A stretch of 64,000 nucleotides of DNA. Origin: Anaerolineales bacterium. Its GTDB lineage: Bacteria; Chloroflexota; Anaerolineae; Anaerolineales; JABWBV01. Location: the NCBI GenBank assembly GCA_035512695.1, contig DATKDL010000227.1, positions 6,941-70,940 on the forward strand. Reading direction: 5' to 3'. The translations under genes were made by a program, and so were the position numbers. Below, in pieces: positions 37,128-45,351 of the stretch; within the stretch, counting starts at the first letter, position 1; every line of letters starts with the position of its first letter. The notes under the pieces are model-generated. The model was not told the DNA's origin. It searched no databases and saw nothing but the letters and a program-made list of their open reading frames with translations.

Positions 37128-38489
37128 TCATCGCATTTGGGTCACGTCGTACGTCACCCGCGCCGCATTCTCGAACTTGGCCAGCTCCGAGCGGAAATAC
37201 AGGTGAACGCTGCCGACCGGGCCGTTGCGGTGCTTGGCGACGATGATCTCGGCCGCGTTGGTCATCGTCGAATCCGGCTCGTACTGGTCGGGACGGTAAA
37301 TGAACATGACCACGTCCGAGTCCTGCTCGATCGATCCGCTTTCGCGCAGATCGGACAGCATCGGGCGTTTGTCGGCGCGCTGCTCGACGGCCCGGGAGAG
37401 TTGGGCGGCGGCCAGCACCGGCACGTTGAGCTCTTTGGCCAGCACCTTGAGCTGCCGGGAGATGAATGACACTTCCTGGACCCGGTTCTCGTTGCGCATC
37501 CCGCTGCTCATCAGCTGGATGTAGTCGATGATGATCAGGTCCAGGTTGAACTCCATGTGTAGCCTGCGGCATTTCGTGCGCAGTTGGAGCGGGGTGATCG
37601 CCGGGGTGTCATCCAGGTAAATGTGGGTGTCTCCCAGGACCTCGATCGACTGGGCGAAGATCGGCCACTCGTTTTCGGACAGCTTGCCGGTGCGGAGGCG
37701 CTGGGAGTCGATCCCCGTCTCCTGTGCGATCAGCCGCTGGACGAGCTGCTCGTTGGACATCTCCATCGAGAAGATGGCGACGTGCTTGTTGCGCTGGGAG
37801 GCATTCCGGGCGACCGACATCATGAAGCCCGTCTTGCCCTGGCCGGGTCGGCCGGCGATGATCAGGAGGTCGGAGGGCTGCAGGCCGCTCAGCAGCCGGT
37901 CCAGGTCGATGAAGCCGGTCGGGACGCCGAGGATCTCCTCGTCTCGGTGCGAGAGGCGGTCGACCCGTTCGTAATAGTCGCTCAGGACGGTCTGGATGGG
38001 CTGCAAGGCGGTGTTGAGGCGCCGTTCGCTGACCCCGAAGATCGATTTCTCGGCCTCGTCCATGGCGCTGTCTACCGTAATCCCTTCTTCGTAGGCTAGC
38101 TTGGCGATCTCGTTGGCGGCCGAGATCATCCGGCGCCGGATTGACGTCTCCTCGACGATCCGCCCGTAGGCCTCGGCGTGCAGCGAAGTCGGGACGTTGC
38201 CGACCAGGGCGGTCAGGTAGGCCGGGCCGCCGAGTTCGGCCAGCTGACCGGTCTGGTCCAACTCCTCGGTGACGGTCAGGAAATCGATCGGAATCCGGCG
38301 CTCATTGAGCCGGACGAAAGCTTCCCAGATCCATTGGTGGCGGTGGATGTAGAAGTCCTCGGTGCGCAGGAACTGGGCCACCTCGAAATAGCTGTCCGGG
38401 TTGATCATCACCGAGCCGAGGACCGCTTCCTCGGCTTCACGCGAATGGGGGACGATGTGGGGGGCGCCGCCGTTGCTCTGGGACGTCAT
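37128..38489 (-). CDS. dnaB: Replicative DNA helicase
   Basis: N-terminal PHSREAEEAVLGSVM, Walker A GRPGQGKTGFMMS, and IIIDYIQLM Walker B region. 453 aa. Confidence 0.95.
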   Translation of the reverse strand: MTSQSNGGAPHIVPHSREAEEAVLGSVMINPDSYFEVAQFLRTEDFYIHRHQWIWEAFVRLNERRIPIDFLTVTEELDQTGQLAELGGPAYLTALVGNVPTSLHAEAYGRIVEETSIRRRMISAANEIAKLAYEEGITVDSAMDEAEKSIFGVSERRLNTALQPIQTVLSDYYERVDRLSHRDEEILGVPTGFIDLDRLLSGLQPSDLLIIAGRPGQGKTGFMMSVARNASQRNKHVAIFSMEMSNEQLVQRLIAQETGIDSQRLRTGKLSENEWPIFAQSIEVLGDTHIYLDDTPAITPLQLRTKCRRLHMEFNLDLIIIDYIQLMSSGMRNENRVQEVSFISRQLKVLAKELNVPVLAAAQLSRAVEQRADKRPMLSDLRESGSIEQDSDVVMFIYRPDQYEPDSTMTNAAEIIVAKHRNGPVGSVHLYFRSELAKFENAARVTYDVTQMR

Positions 38490-38497
38490 GGGCAGGT

Positions 38498-39112
38498 TCA
38501 GGGTCCGTCGATGTCGGGGGCGTCATCGTCATCGTCGTCCCCGTCATCCTCTTCGTCATCCCCGCTGCCAAAATCGAGCCCTTCCAGAAAATCTTCGAAA
38601 ACGGAGAGCCGCTCTTCAGCCGCCGGATCTTCATCCTCGGTGGTCTCGAGCTGTTCCCGCTCGCGGCGGGAGAGGACGACGTCCGACTCAAGGCTTTCCT
38701 CGGGGATGATCCCGGCGTCCTCCATCACATCCTCTTCGACCAGGATCGGGATCCGGGCCCGGACGGCGATGGCCAGCGCATCCGACGGGCGTGAGTCGAC
38801 GTCGATCGTCTCCCCGTTCAGCTCGGCGACGATGTTGCCGTAGTAGACCTGGTCGCGCAGGGAATTGACTTCCACCCGGACCAGCCGGGCGTTTAGCGTG
38901 CGGAAGACGCTCAACAGCAGATCGTGGGTCAGGGGGCGGGAGGTCTCGGTGCCCTGCAGGGCGATGGTGATCGCCTCGGCCTCGTACGGACCGATCCAGA
39001 TCGGCAGATACCGGTCGGCGTCCTTCTCGCGCAGGATGACGATGCGCTGCTGCGACATCAGGCTGACCCGGATGCTGTCGATCACGACTTCCACGTAGTT
39101 TGTATCTGTCAC
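38498..39112 (-). CDS. Bifunctional nuclease family protein (DUF151/BFN) with acidic tail
   Basis: RYLPIWIGPYEAEAI...RPLTHDLL...DSRPSDALAIAVR core of the BFN domain. C-terminal GDDEEDDGDDDDDD. GTG start with GGAG upstream. Only 8 nt from dnaB. Confidence 0.85.
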   Translation of the reverse strand: MTDTNYVEVVIDSIRVSLMSQQRIVILREKDADRYLPIWIGPYEAEAITIALQGTETSRPLTHDLLLSVFRTLNARLVRVEVNSLRDQVYYGNIVAELNGETIDVDSRPSDALAIAVRARIPILVEEDVMEDAGIIPEESLESDVVLSRREREQLETTEDEDPAAEERLSVFEDFLEGLDFGSGDDEEDDGDDDDDDAPDIDGP

Positions 39113-39188
39113 AGAGGGCTCCAGCGAAGGGCCTCCCGCTACGGCAGGCCGAATTCTCCTTCGAGAATGTATTCTAACATGATCTCAA

Positions 39189-39300
39189 GAGAGGGCGAAT
39201 AGGGGAATGGGCGAGAGGGCGAATGGGCGAGAGGGCGAGAGGGCGAATGGGCGAATGGGCGATTCACCCATTCGCCCATTCGCCCATTCGCCCATTCCCC
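39189..39300. repeat. Octamer microsatellite (GAATGGGC/GAGAGGGC) with inverted copies forming a hairpin
   Basis: About 9 direct 8-mers (39189-39260) followed by about 3.5 inverted copies (39267-39297). The core 15-bp stem is 39245-39259 / 39267-39281. The GT2 stop codon (39264-39266) sits in the loop. Confidence 0.75.
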
Positions 39301-40289
39301 TCCTCCCCCAACACCCTCTTCACCGTATATGTCGGTTTGCGCTGCGATTCGTGGTAGGTGCGAACGAGGAGTTCGGCGATCAGACCCATCAGGACAGACT
39401 GAACACCGAGGATCAGGAGCATGATCCCGACGATGAAGAGTGGTGAATCGAAAACCGATGTCCCGAGCCACAGGCGGCGCACCAGCAGGAAGAGCAGCAT
39501 CAACCCGCTCCCGCCCATCAAGGCGATCCCGGTCCCGCCGAACAGGTAGATCGGTTTGGCCGCGTAGCTGATCAGGAATTTGACCGTGAACAGGTCCAGG
39601 ATGACTTTGACGGTCCGCTCGAGGCCGTACTTGGTGCGGCCGAACCGGCGCGGGTGGTGCCGGACCGGCACCTCGACGATCCGGGCTCCGACCGTGCCGG
39701 CGTAGGCCGGGATGAAGCGGTGCATTTCCCCGTAAAGCCGGAAACCGGTGATGACCTCGCGGCGATAAGCCTTGAGCGTGCAGCCGTAATCGTGCAGGTG
39801 GACCCCGGTTACACGTGAGATGATCCCGTTGGCGATCCGGGATGGGAGGGTGCGGGTGATGAAGCGGTCTTGCCGGTCGCGGCGCCAGCCGCTGACCACG
39901 TCATAGCCTTCTTCGATCTTTGCGACCATCATCGGGATATCGGCCGGGTCGTTCTGTAAATCGGCGTCCAGCAGGACGATGATTTCGCCTGCGGCGTGAT
40001 CGATCCCGGCCGCGACGGCCGCCGTCTGGCCGAAATTGCGGCGCAGTTCGACCACCCGGACACGACCCGGATCACCGGCCTGCAGCTTCTCCAGCACCGA
40101 CACGCTGCCGTCCGTGCTGCCGTCGTCGACGTAGACGACCTCCCAGATATGCGGCAGGTCCCGGAGCGCCTCGCAGATCTTCTGCTGCAGAATCGGCAGG
40201 CTATCTTCTTCGTTGCGGACGGGGATCACGAGGGAGAGGTGCACGAGGGGAAGTATGAGACCGGGAAGGGGTTTTGTCAATCGAAACAT
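39264..40289 (-). CDS. GT2 polyprenol-phosphate glycosyltransferase (ArnC/GtrB/DPM1-like, with C-terminal TMs)
   Basis: LSLVIPVRNEE, VYVDDGSTDGS, LDADLQNDP, and two C-terminal TM helices. Confidence 0.9.
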   Translation of the reverse strand: MFRLTKPLPGLILPLVHLSLVIPVRNEEDSLPILQQKICEALRDLPHIWEVVYVDDGSTDGSVSVLEKLQAGDPGRVRVVELRRNFGQTAAVAAGIDHAAGEIIVLLDADLQNDPADIPMMVAKIEEGYDVVSGWRRDRQDRFITRTLPSRIANGIISRVTGVHLHDYGCTLKAYRREVITGFRLYGEMHRFIPAYAGTVGARIVEVPVRHHPRRFGRTKYGLERTVKVILDLFTVKFLISYAAKPIYLFGGTGIALMGGSGLMLLFLLVRRLWLGTSVFDSPLFIVGIMLLILGVQSVLMGLIAELLVRTYHESQRKPTYTVKRVLGEEGNGRMGEWANG

Positions 40290-40340
40290 TCAGGGAGGGT
40301 TGATGGATGGGAACACGGATTGCACTGATTTTCCGGATTT

Positions 40341-42329
40341 TTAGGGTTCAATTAAATTTACCGGCGGACATTCCGGGTTTGCCTTCGGCGCCAGCACCTC
40401 GACCCGCGCGGTTTCGAGGGTCTGGACCTCCTCGTAAAAGCACAGCAGCGGGTAGGTGACGTACCTGTCCCAGGCGTCGTTCTCCTCGCCGAACCGGAAT
40501 GCGCTGCCCTGGGGATTGTAGCGGACCGGGTCGGTCACGATCAGGGCGAAGCGGCCGTTCTCCAGTTCGCTTTCGAACCGGTCCAGATAGTCCGTGTTCC
40601 CGGCCATGGCCATCTCCATCAGAAAGACCTTCTCGTAATCGGGGACCAGGGCGACCGCTTCAAAAGGGCCGAAGACGAGCAGGTGCCGCTCGGCGATGAA
40701 CAGGACCGCTCCCCCGCCGGCGACAGCCTCATCGACCAGCCGCTCCAGATCGGACAATTCGGCCGCCAGGGCATCCGGGTCTTTCGCCTGGACCGGTACC
40801 CCCACCGAAACCGCGAACCCGATCGGGACCAGGATCGCCAATCCCACGACCCACCGCGGGACGTCCCCCATACGGACCCCGGACCCGAGCACCCCGCACA
40901 CAACCGCCGCCAGCAGCAGGGCGATGTACCCGTCCAGGTTGTGCAAATTGCTCCCGCCGCCGATCTTGACGCTGACGACCAGCCCGCCCGCGAGAAAGAC
41001 GGCCAGGATCGCCGCGATCCAATGTTGGGGCAGGGCTCGTCCCTGCCCGGCTCGTCCCTGCCCGGACCGGACCTGCCCGGACCGGACCGCCCACCAAAGC
41101 GCCGCCGCCGGGGGAAGTGTCACCAACAGGATCCCCGGCAGGACGCCCAATGGGTAGGTGGCGCTCGGAAACAATCGATACCACAGCAGGTCGGAGGTGA
41201 AGGCCGAGCCGAACTGGTCGGGCGGGTTTCCGGAGAGGGCCATATAGGTCGATTGCGCGGCGAACCCGGCCCCCGTACCGGCGATCCCCCAGGCCAGGAC
41301 CGGGGCCAGGTAACGCGGCAGCGAGCGCCCGTCCTGTGGGACCTCGATGAAATAGATCAAGGCAGCCAGGGCAGCCGGGAACGGGATCCAATTGACCCGG
41401 CTGGCGCCGGCCCAGATCGATGCCGCGACCACAACGAGCAGCGTCCGCCGGAAATCGGCGGCGTCGATCCCCCAGTACAGCAGGGCCGCTATGACAACCA
41501 GGTGATACCAGATCGGACCCTGGAACAGGAACAGGAACGCCCAGACCGCCAGCAGCGCCCGCCCGGCGCCCCCGCCGCTGCGCAGCCCGGGCCGCCGCGC
41601 CAGCAGCCAGGCGGCCAGGCCGTTCGCCCCGAGCCACAGGAAGACCTGCCAGAGCCGGTGGATCCACAACGGCAGCCCGCTGACCAGGAACGGCGCCGCC
41701 TGCAGCCAGTACCGGGTCGGGTGCAGGACGCTCCAGGGCACACGCTCCCCGTAGATCCGCTCGGCCGCAAACAGCGAAGCGTAATAGTAGCGGCTGGCCT
41801 CCGACCAACCGAGCGAGAACGGGCTGGTCGATATGTCCGGGATGAACACCGCAGCCTGGTGGACGGCGGCGAAGGCCAGCGCTGTGCCCGCCAGGAGCGA
41901 CTCGAATGAATGCGCCTTGAACCCGGTCGAGAGGGCGATCGCCCCACCCAGGGCAGCCAACCAGAACGCAACGGCCCGCCAGGAGAAGGTCTCCATCAGC
42001 CGTCCGAGGGGCTCCGGCAATGGAGCCAGGACGAGGACCGGCAGAACCAGGGCAAACAGCCCGCACAACGCGGCGGCAGGCGGTGGGGGGAGCGCCGTTC
42101 GGGACCATTTCTCCCGGATCCGGTTTGCCAGCCCGCGGCCGGCTGGCAGCCAGCCGAAGACGAACAAGATCACAGCGGCGAGCAGGGCCAGCCCCCACAT
42201 TGCGAACAGGACCAGCCACTGTGTCGAGGCAGTCGTCACGCCCAGGTCGCGGGCCGTCGAAATCGCGTCCACCAGGCCGGCCGCCAGGAGCAGGACGGTC
42301 GCGCCGGTCATCCAACGGAAACCGGTCAT
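40341..42329 (-). CDS. Hypothetical polytopic membrane protein with soluble C-terminal domain (possible GT-C-like)
   Basis: More than 12 predicted TM helices, then a ~150-aa soluble tail. ATG 42329 overlaps the upstream TGA (TGATG). No diagnostic motif recognised. Confidence 0.6.
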   Translation of the reverse strand: MTGFRWMTGATVLLLAAGLVDAISTARDLGVTTASTQWLVLFAMWGLALLAAVILFVFGWLPAGRGLANRIREKWSRTALPPPPAAALCGLFALVLPVLVLAPLPEPLGRLMETFSWRAVAFWLAALGGAIALSTGFKAHSFESLLAGTALAFAAVHQAAVFIPDISTSPFSLGWSEASRYYYASLFAAERIYGERVPWSVLHPTRYWLQAAPFLVSGLPLWIHRLWQVFLWLGANGLAAWLLARRPGLRSGGGAGRALLAVWAFLFLFQGPIWYHLVVIAALLYWGIDAADFRRTLLVVVAASIWAGASRVNWIPFPAALAALIYFIEVPQDGRSLPRYLAPVLAWGIAGTGAGFAAQSTYMALSGNPPDQFGSAFTSDLLWYRLFPSATYPLGVLPGILLVTLPPAAALWWAVRSGQVRSGQGRAGQGRALPQHWIAAILAVFLAGGLVVSVKIGGGSNLHNLDGYIALLLAAVVCGVLGSGVRMGDVPRWVVGLAILVPIGFAVSVGVPVQAKDPDALAAELSDLERLVDEAVAGGGAVLFIAERHLLVFGPFEAVALVPDYEKVFLMEMAMAGNTDYLDRFESELENGRFALIVTDPVRYNPQGSAFRFGEENDAWDRYVTYPLLCFYEEVQTLETARVEVLAPKANPECPPVNLIEP
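41035..41094. repeat. In-frame 15-bp minisatellite (4 units) inside the 40341-42329 gene
   Basis: GGCTCGTCCCTGCCC x2, then GGACCGGACCTGCCC and GGACCGGACCGCCCA. Encodes VRSGQVRSGQGRAGQGRA in a loop. Confidence 0.75.
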
Positions 42330-43228
42330 CAAGGCGCCTCACCTTCCGGCGGGCGGCCGCCGCTCAGGATATCGGGGAGGAACAAAGCGCCCGGCAGACT
42401 GGCCAGCGTCTGGAGCGTCCGCACCAGCAGGGCGGCGGTGGCCGCGGCGCCCACGCTCACCCCACCCAGCCCGGTGAAGATGGCCGTCATCGAGAGCTCC
42501 TGCAATCCCAGCCCGTTGATCGAGACCGGCAGCAGGGTCACGAAATACGTGAGGCTCCACAACCCCCCGACCAGCCAGAAAGGCGGCGGCTCGCCGAGCC
42601 CGCCGAGCATCAGCCAGACCACCCCGAATAGCGCCAGCTGGTGTGCCCAGGTCCAGGCAAAAGCCAGCAGCAGACCGCGCGGCGAGCGCATCCACAGGTG
42701 CAGCGCCTCCCACAGCCGGGCGCGAATATTCCCCACCCGACTCGAGAACGCGCCAAAGGCACCGGCGGCCACCGGTCCGGAAGACAGGCCCCCGAACAAC
42801 GGGATCAGCCCCAGCGGTGCAGCCGTCGCCATCCCGGCCACCCCGACCAGCCGGTCGACGACCAGCGAGGCGGTCGCAACGACGTTGTCATACCCCATCC
42901 GCAGCGCCATGGCGAGCCGGACGACGTCTCCGCCGATCGTGGTCGGCAGGAAATTGGATGCAAACAGACCGGAAAACGTGATCCTCAAGCTGTCCGACAA
43001 GCGGATCGGTTGACCGGCGGTTTGAAGCAGCACGTGCCAGCGGACGGCGACGACCAGGCGCGAAACCAGGATCAGGACGATGGCGGCAGCGAAGCGCCAG
43101 GGTGGAATCGCGGCGACGCTTTCCAGGATCTCGGACCAGCCCTGCCGGCGGAGTTGATAGAGCAGGAGCCCAAAGGCGGCGATCGTCCCGGTCGTGCGCA
43201 GGAGGCGGTTGATGTGTTTTTTCTGCAT
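42329..43228 (-). CDS. UPF0104 / lysyl-PG-synthase-TM-like flippase-type membrane protein
   Basis: YQLRRQGWSEILESVAAIPPWRFAAAIVLILVSRLVVAVRWHVLL is the typical family N-terminus. Start moved to ATG 43228, because the track start reads through a hairpin. Confidence 0.75.
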   Translation of the reverse strand: MQKKHINRLLRTTGTIAAFGLLLYQLRRQGWSEILESVAAIPPWRFAAAIVLILVSRLVVAVRWHVLLQTAGQPIRLSDSLRITFSGLFASNFLPTTIGGDVVRLAMALRMGYDNVVATASLVVDRLVGVAGMATAAPLGLIPLFGGLSSGPVAAGAFGAFSSRVGNIRARLWEALHLWMRSPRGLLLAFAWTWAHQLALFGVVWLMLGGLGEPPPFWLVGGLWSLTYFVTLLPVSINGLGLQELSMTAIFTGLGGVSVGAAATAALLVRTLQTLASLPGALFLPDILSGGRPPEGEAP

Positions 43229-43283
43229 TTCTGGTAGAACTAATTCTAACGTTTCAAACTGCGCAAACGATGCAGGAAAATGT

Positions 43284-43336
43284 GAAAAAAACGGGTGCAA
43301 GCGGGGGCTCTGCCCCCGCTTGCACCCATTTTTTTC
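43284..43336 (-). terminator. 24-bp hairpin (1 mismatch) between tandem genes
   Basis: GAAAAAAACGGGTGCAAGCGGGGGC TCT GCCCCCGCTTGCACCCATTTTTTTC. The core is homologous to hairpin 58732-58788. Confidence 0.7.
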
Positions 43337-43360
43337 GGAATTTCAGTCGCGGATCAGCAG

Positions 43361-45229
43361 TTACCTTTTTTTCAGGAAAACGATGATCTCCGACCCAAGA
43401 TCGCAGGGATGCACCGGGGATGTGCCGGCCGCAGGCGTGAAGCCGGCTGCCACGATCGAGTCGAGCAGCCAACCGGTTTCGGCGCCTTGGAGCACATCAT
43501 CGCTGGTGAGCACGGCATCCGCCTCCCGGAGCCAGTCTTCCGCAAGCGACCGGTTCCAATGACCGTACCGGGCGAGCGCCTCCGGATCGCCGCCGAATTT
43601 AAAGGAATACGCACCGTTGAGTTGGGCCGGGAAGATGCCGGCCTCCGGAAGATAAAGCAGGGCACCCGGCGATCCGCCGGTCCACCAGAAGATCCGGCCT
43701 CCGGGCGGGACGAGCCCAGCCAGCTCGGCTCCGACCTGTTCGTATCCCGCGGCCACATCCCCCGAACAATCGTAAGCCGCGTATCCGCCGGCCAGGAAGG
43801 GGGTCGGCGAGAACACCAGGCCCAGCGCCAGAAAACAAACACCGGCGCGGTGTGCGAACGGCCGGCCGCTGTCCGGCAGCCGGCGCGCCAGGGCGAGTAC
43901 GGCCAGCCCCGCCGCAAGGCCGATCCCACCGGCCAGGACCGCCCGGCCGGCGAGCAGGGTCGACCGGACGATGCTATCGTATTCCCGCCCGGTCACGTTC
44001 TCGATCAGACCCCAGAGCGGGATCGTCCCCGGACCGGCAGTGCGGGGCACCTCTGTTCGCAGCAGGCGGACGGCGGACGGCTGGTCCATCAGCCTGGGAC
44101 CGACGAGGCCGGCCGCCCCGGCGCCCAAAACGGTGGCAGCGATCAGAACGGCGCCTGCTGCGAGCACCCGGTCGCGGCGGGGGTTCCAAACCGGATAGGT
44201 CAGCGGCAGCAGGAGCAGCGCCGGGAGGCTGAAGAACGAGAGGTAAACCGGGAAGCAGAACACGCAGTAATTCTGCCCCAACGAGGCCCAGGCATGCATG
44301 GCGAATAGAAGACCGAACAGGGCGAGCAGGAGCAGGGCCGCCGTCCTGCGCGATCGGGACCAGCCGGAATCCCGGGCCGGCCAGAACGCCAGGGCGGTGA
44401 CCACCGCCGAGATGGGTAGCAGGTGGAAACGCAGTCCCTGGAGGAAACTGGCGACCCGGCCGCGCCAATCGACCTCCGGCGCCCATAACCCGCCGTCGTT
44501 GGCCGGGCGGCGGAACGAGTCCAGGAACGGGGTGAGGGCCTCCGGGAACCAGGGCGCCCATAGCCGCAGGATGCCCGGCCAATATGCGGCGTGCCCGGCC
44601 GTGAAGATCCCCATCCCGGCCGCCGCGAACACGATCCCGGTCCGCCGGCCGTGGGCGGCGAAAGCATAGGCGGCGAGGAGCGGGAGGAACGGAGCCAGGT
44701 TGATGCGGGTCAGCGCCAGGGCGCCGGCCAGGGCGCCGCCGAGTGCGACCTCCCAGTTCCGCCGGCCTGTGCCCAGCGTGAAGACCAGCGCCCAGATCAG
44801 GATGCAGGCGGCCAATCCCTGGGAGGCCTGGATACTGTAAATTTTTATCAGCGCGGGATTGAGCGCCACAACCCAGACGGCTGCCGCAGCCCACCAGGCG
44901 CTCCCAAACCGACGCGCCAGGGTCCAGAGACCGGTCACGGACAACGCCCCGGTGAACAGGGCCAAAAGCCGCCCGGTGCGAAGCCCCGGCCCGAGCAGGA
45001 GCTGGACCCACCCGGGCAGCAGGAACGAGAGCGGCATGTGGTTCGTCCAGGGGCCGAAGTCCTGGTAGGGGATGTAGCGGCCGGTCGCAAACAGCCAGCC
45101 TTTGTACAGGTACATCCCTTCATCGATGACGGAGGCCTGCGTCCGAGAATGGTGCCAGGCCAGCGCCAGGTAGACGGCAAAACCGGCTGCCGCCGCGGCA
45201 TGCGGCAACCAAGCGTATTTATCACCCAT
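43361..45229 (-). CDS. GT-C fold membrane glycosyltransferase-like protein (ArnT/PMT-like), paralogue 1
   Basis: First-loop IDEGMY (DE motif), multiple TMs, and a ~190-aa soluble C-terminal domain. Start moved to ATG 45229 (MGDKYAW), after the hairpin. Confidence 0.7.
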   Translation of the reverse strand: MGDKYAWLPHAAAAAGFAVYLALAWHHSRTQASVIDEGMYLYKGWLFATGRYIPYQDFGPWTNHMPLSFLLPGWVQLLLGPGLRTGRLLALFTGALSVTGLWTLARRFGSAWWAAAAVWVVALNPALIKIYSIQASQGLAACILIWALVFTLGTGRRNWEVALGGALAGALALTRINLAPFLPLLAAYAFAAHGRRTGIVFAAAGMGIFTAGHAAYWPGILRLWAPWFPEALTPFLDSFRRPANDGGLWAPEVDWRGRVASFLQGLRFHLLPISAVVTALAFWPARDSGWSRSRRTAALLLLALFGLLFAMHAWASLGQNYCVFCFPVYLSFFSLPALLLLPLTYPVWNPRRDRVLAAGAVLIAATVLGAGAAGLVGPRLMDQPSAVRLLRTEVPRTAGPGTIPLWGLIENVTGREYDSIVRSTLLAGRAVLAGGIGLAAGLAVLALARRLPDSGRPFAHRAGVCFLALGLVFSPTPFLAGGYAAYDCSGDVAAGYEQVGAELAGLVPPGGRIFWWTGGSPGALLYLPEAGIFPAQLNGAYSFKFGGDPEALARYGHWNRSLAEDWLREADAVLTSDDVLQGAETGWLLDSIVAAGFTPAAGTSPVHPCDLGSEIIVFLKKR

Positions 45230-45244
45230 CCGGAAAATGGGGCT

Positions 45245-45293
45245 GCGAATTTGGGGGCGGATGCGGTGGAGCCGCATCCGCCCCCAAATTCGC
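45245..45293 (-). terminator. 22-bp perfect hairpin between the two GT-C paralogues
   Basis: GCGAATTTGGGGGCGGATGCGG, loop TGGAG, CCGCATCCGCCCCCAAATTCGC. Preceded by CCGGAAAATGGGG. Confidence 0.7.
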
Positions 45294-45351
45294 CCGGCCT
45301 CAGAATTTTCGGGTGGGTTCTTCGTGATCCGTCGGATGGGTGTCAGAACCG

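Noticed and set aside
39189-39300. Possible CRISPR array (short repeated GAATGGGC units).
   Set aside because: The units are 8 bp and contiguous with no spacers. No cas genes are present. This is a microsatellite/hairpin, not a CRISPR array.
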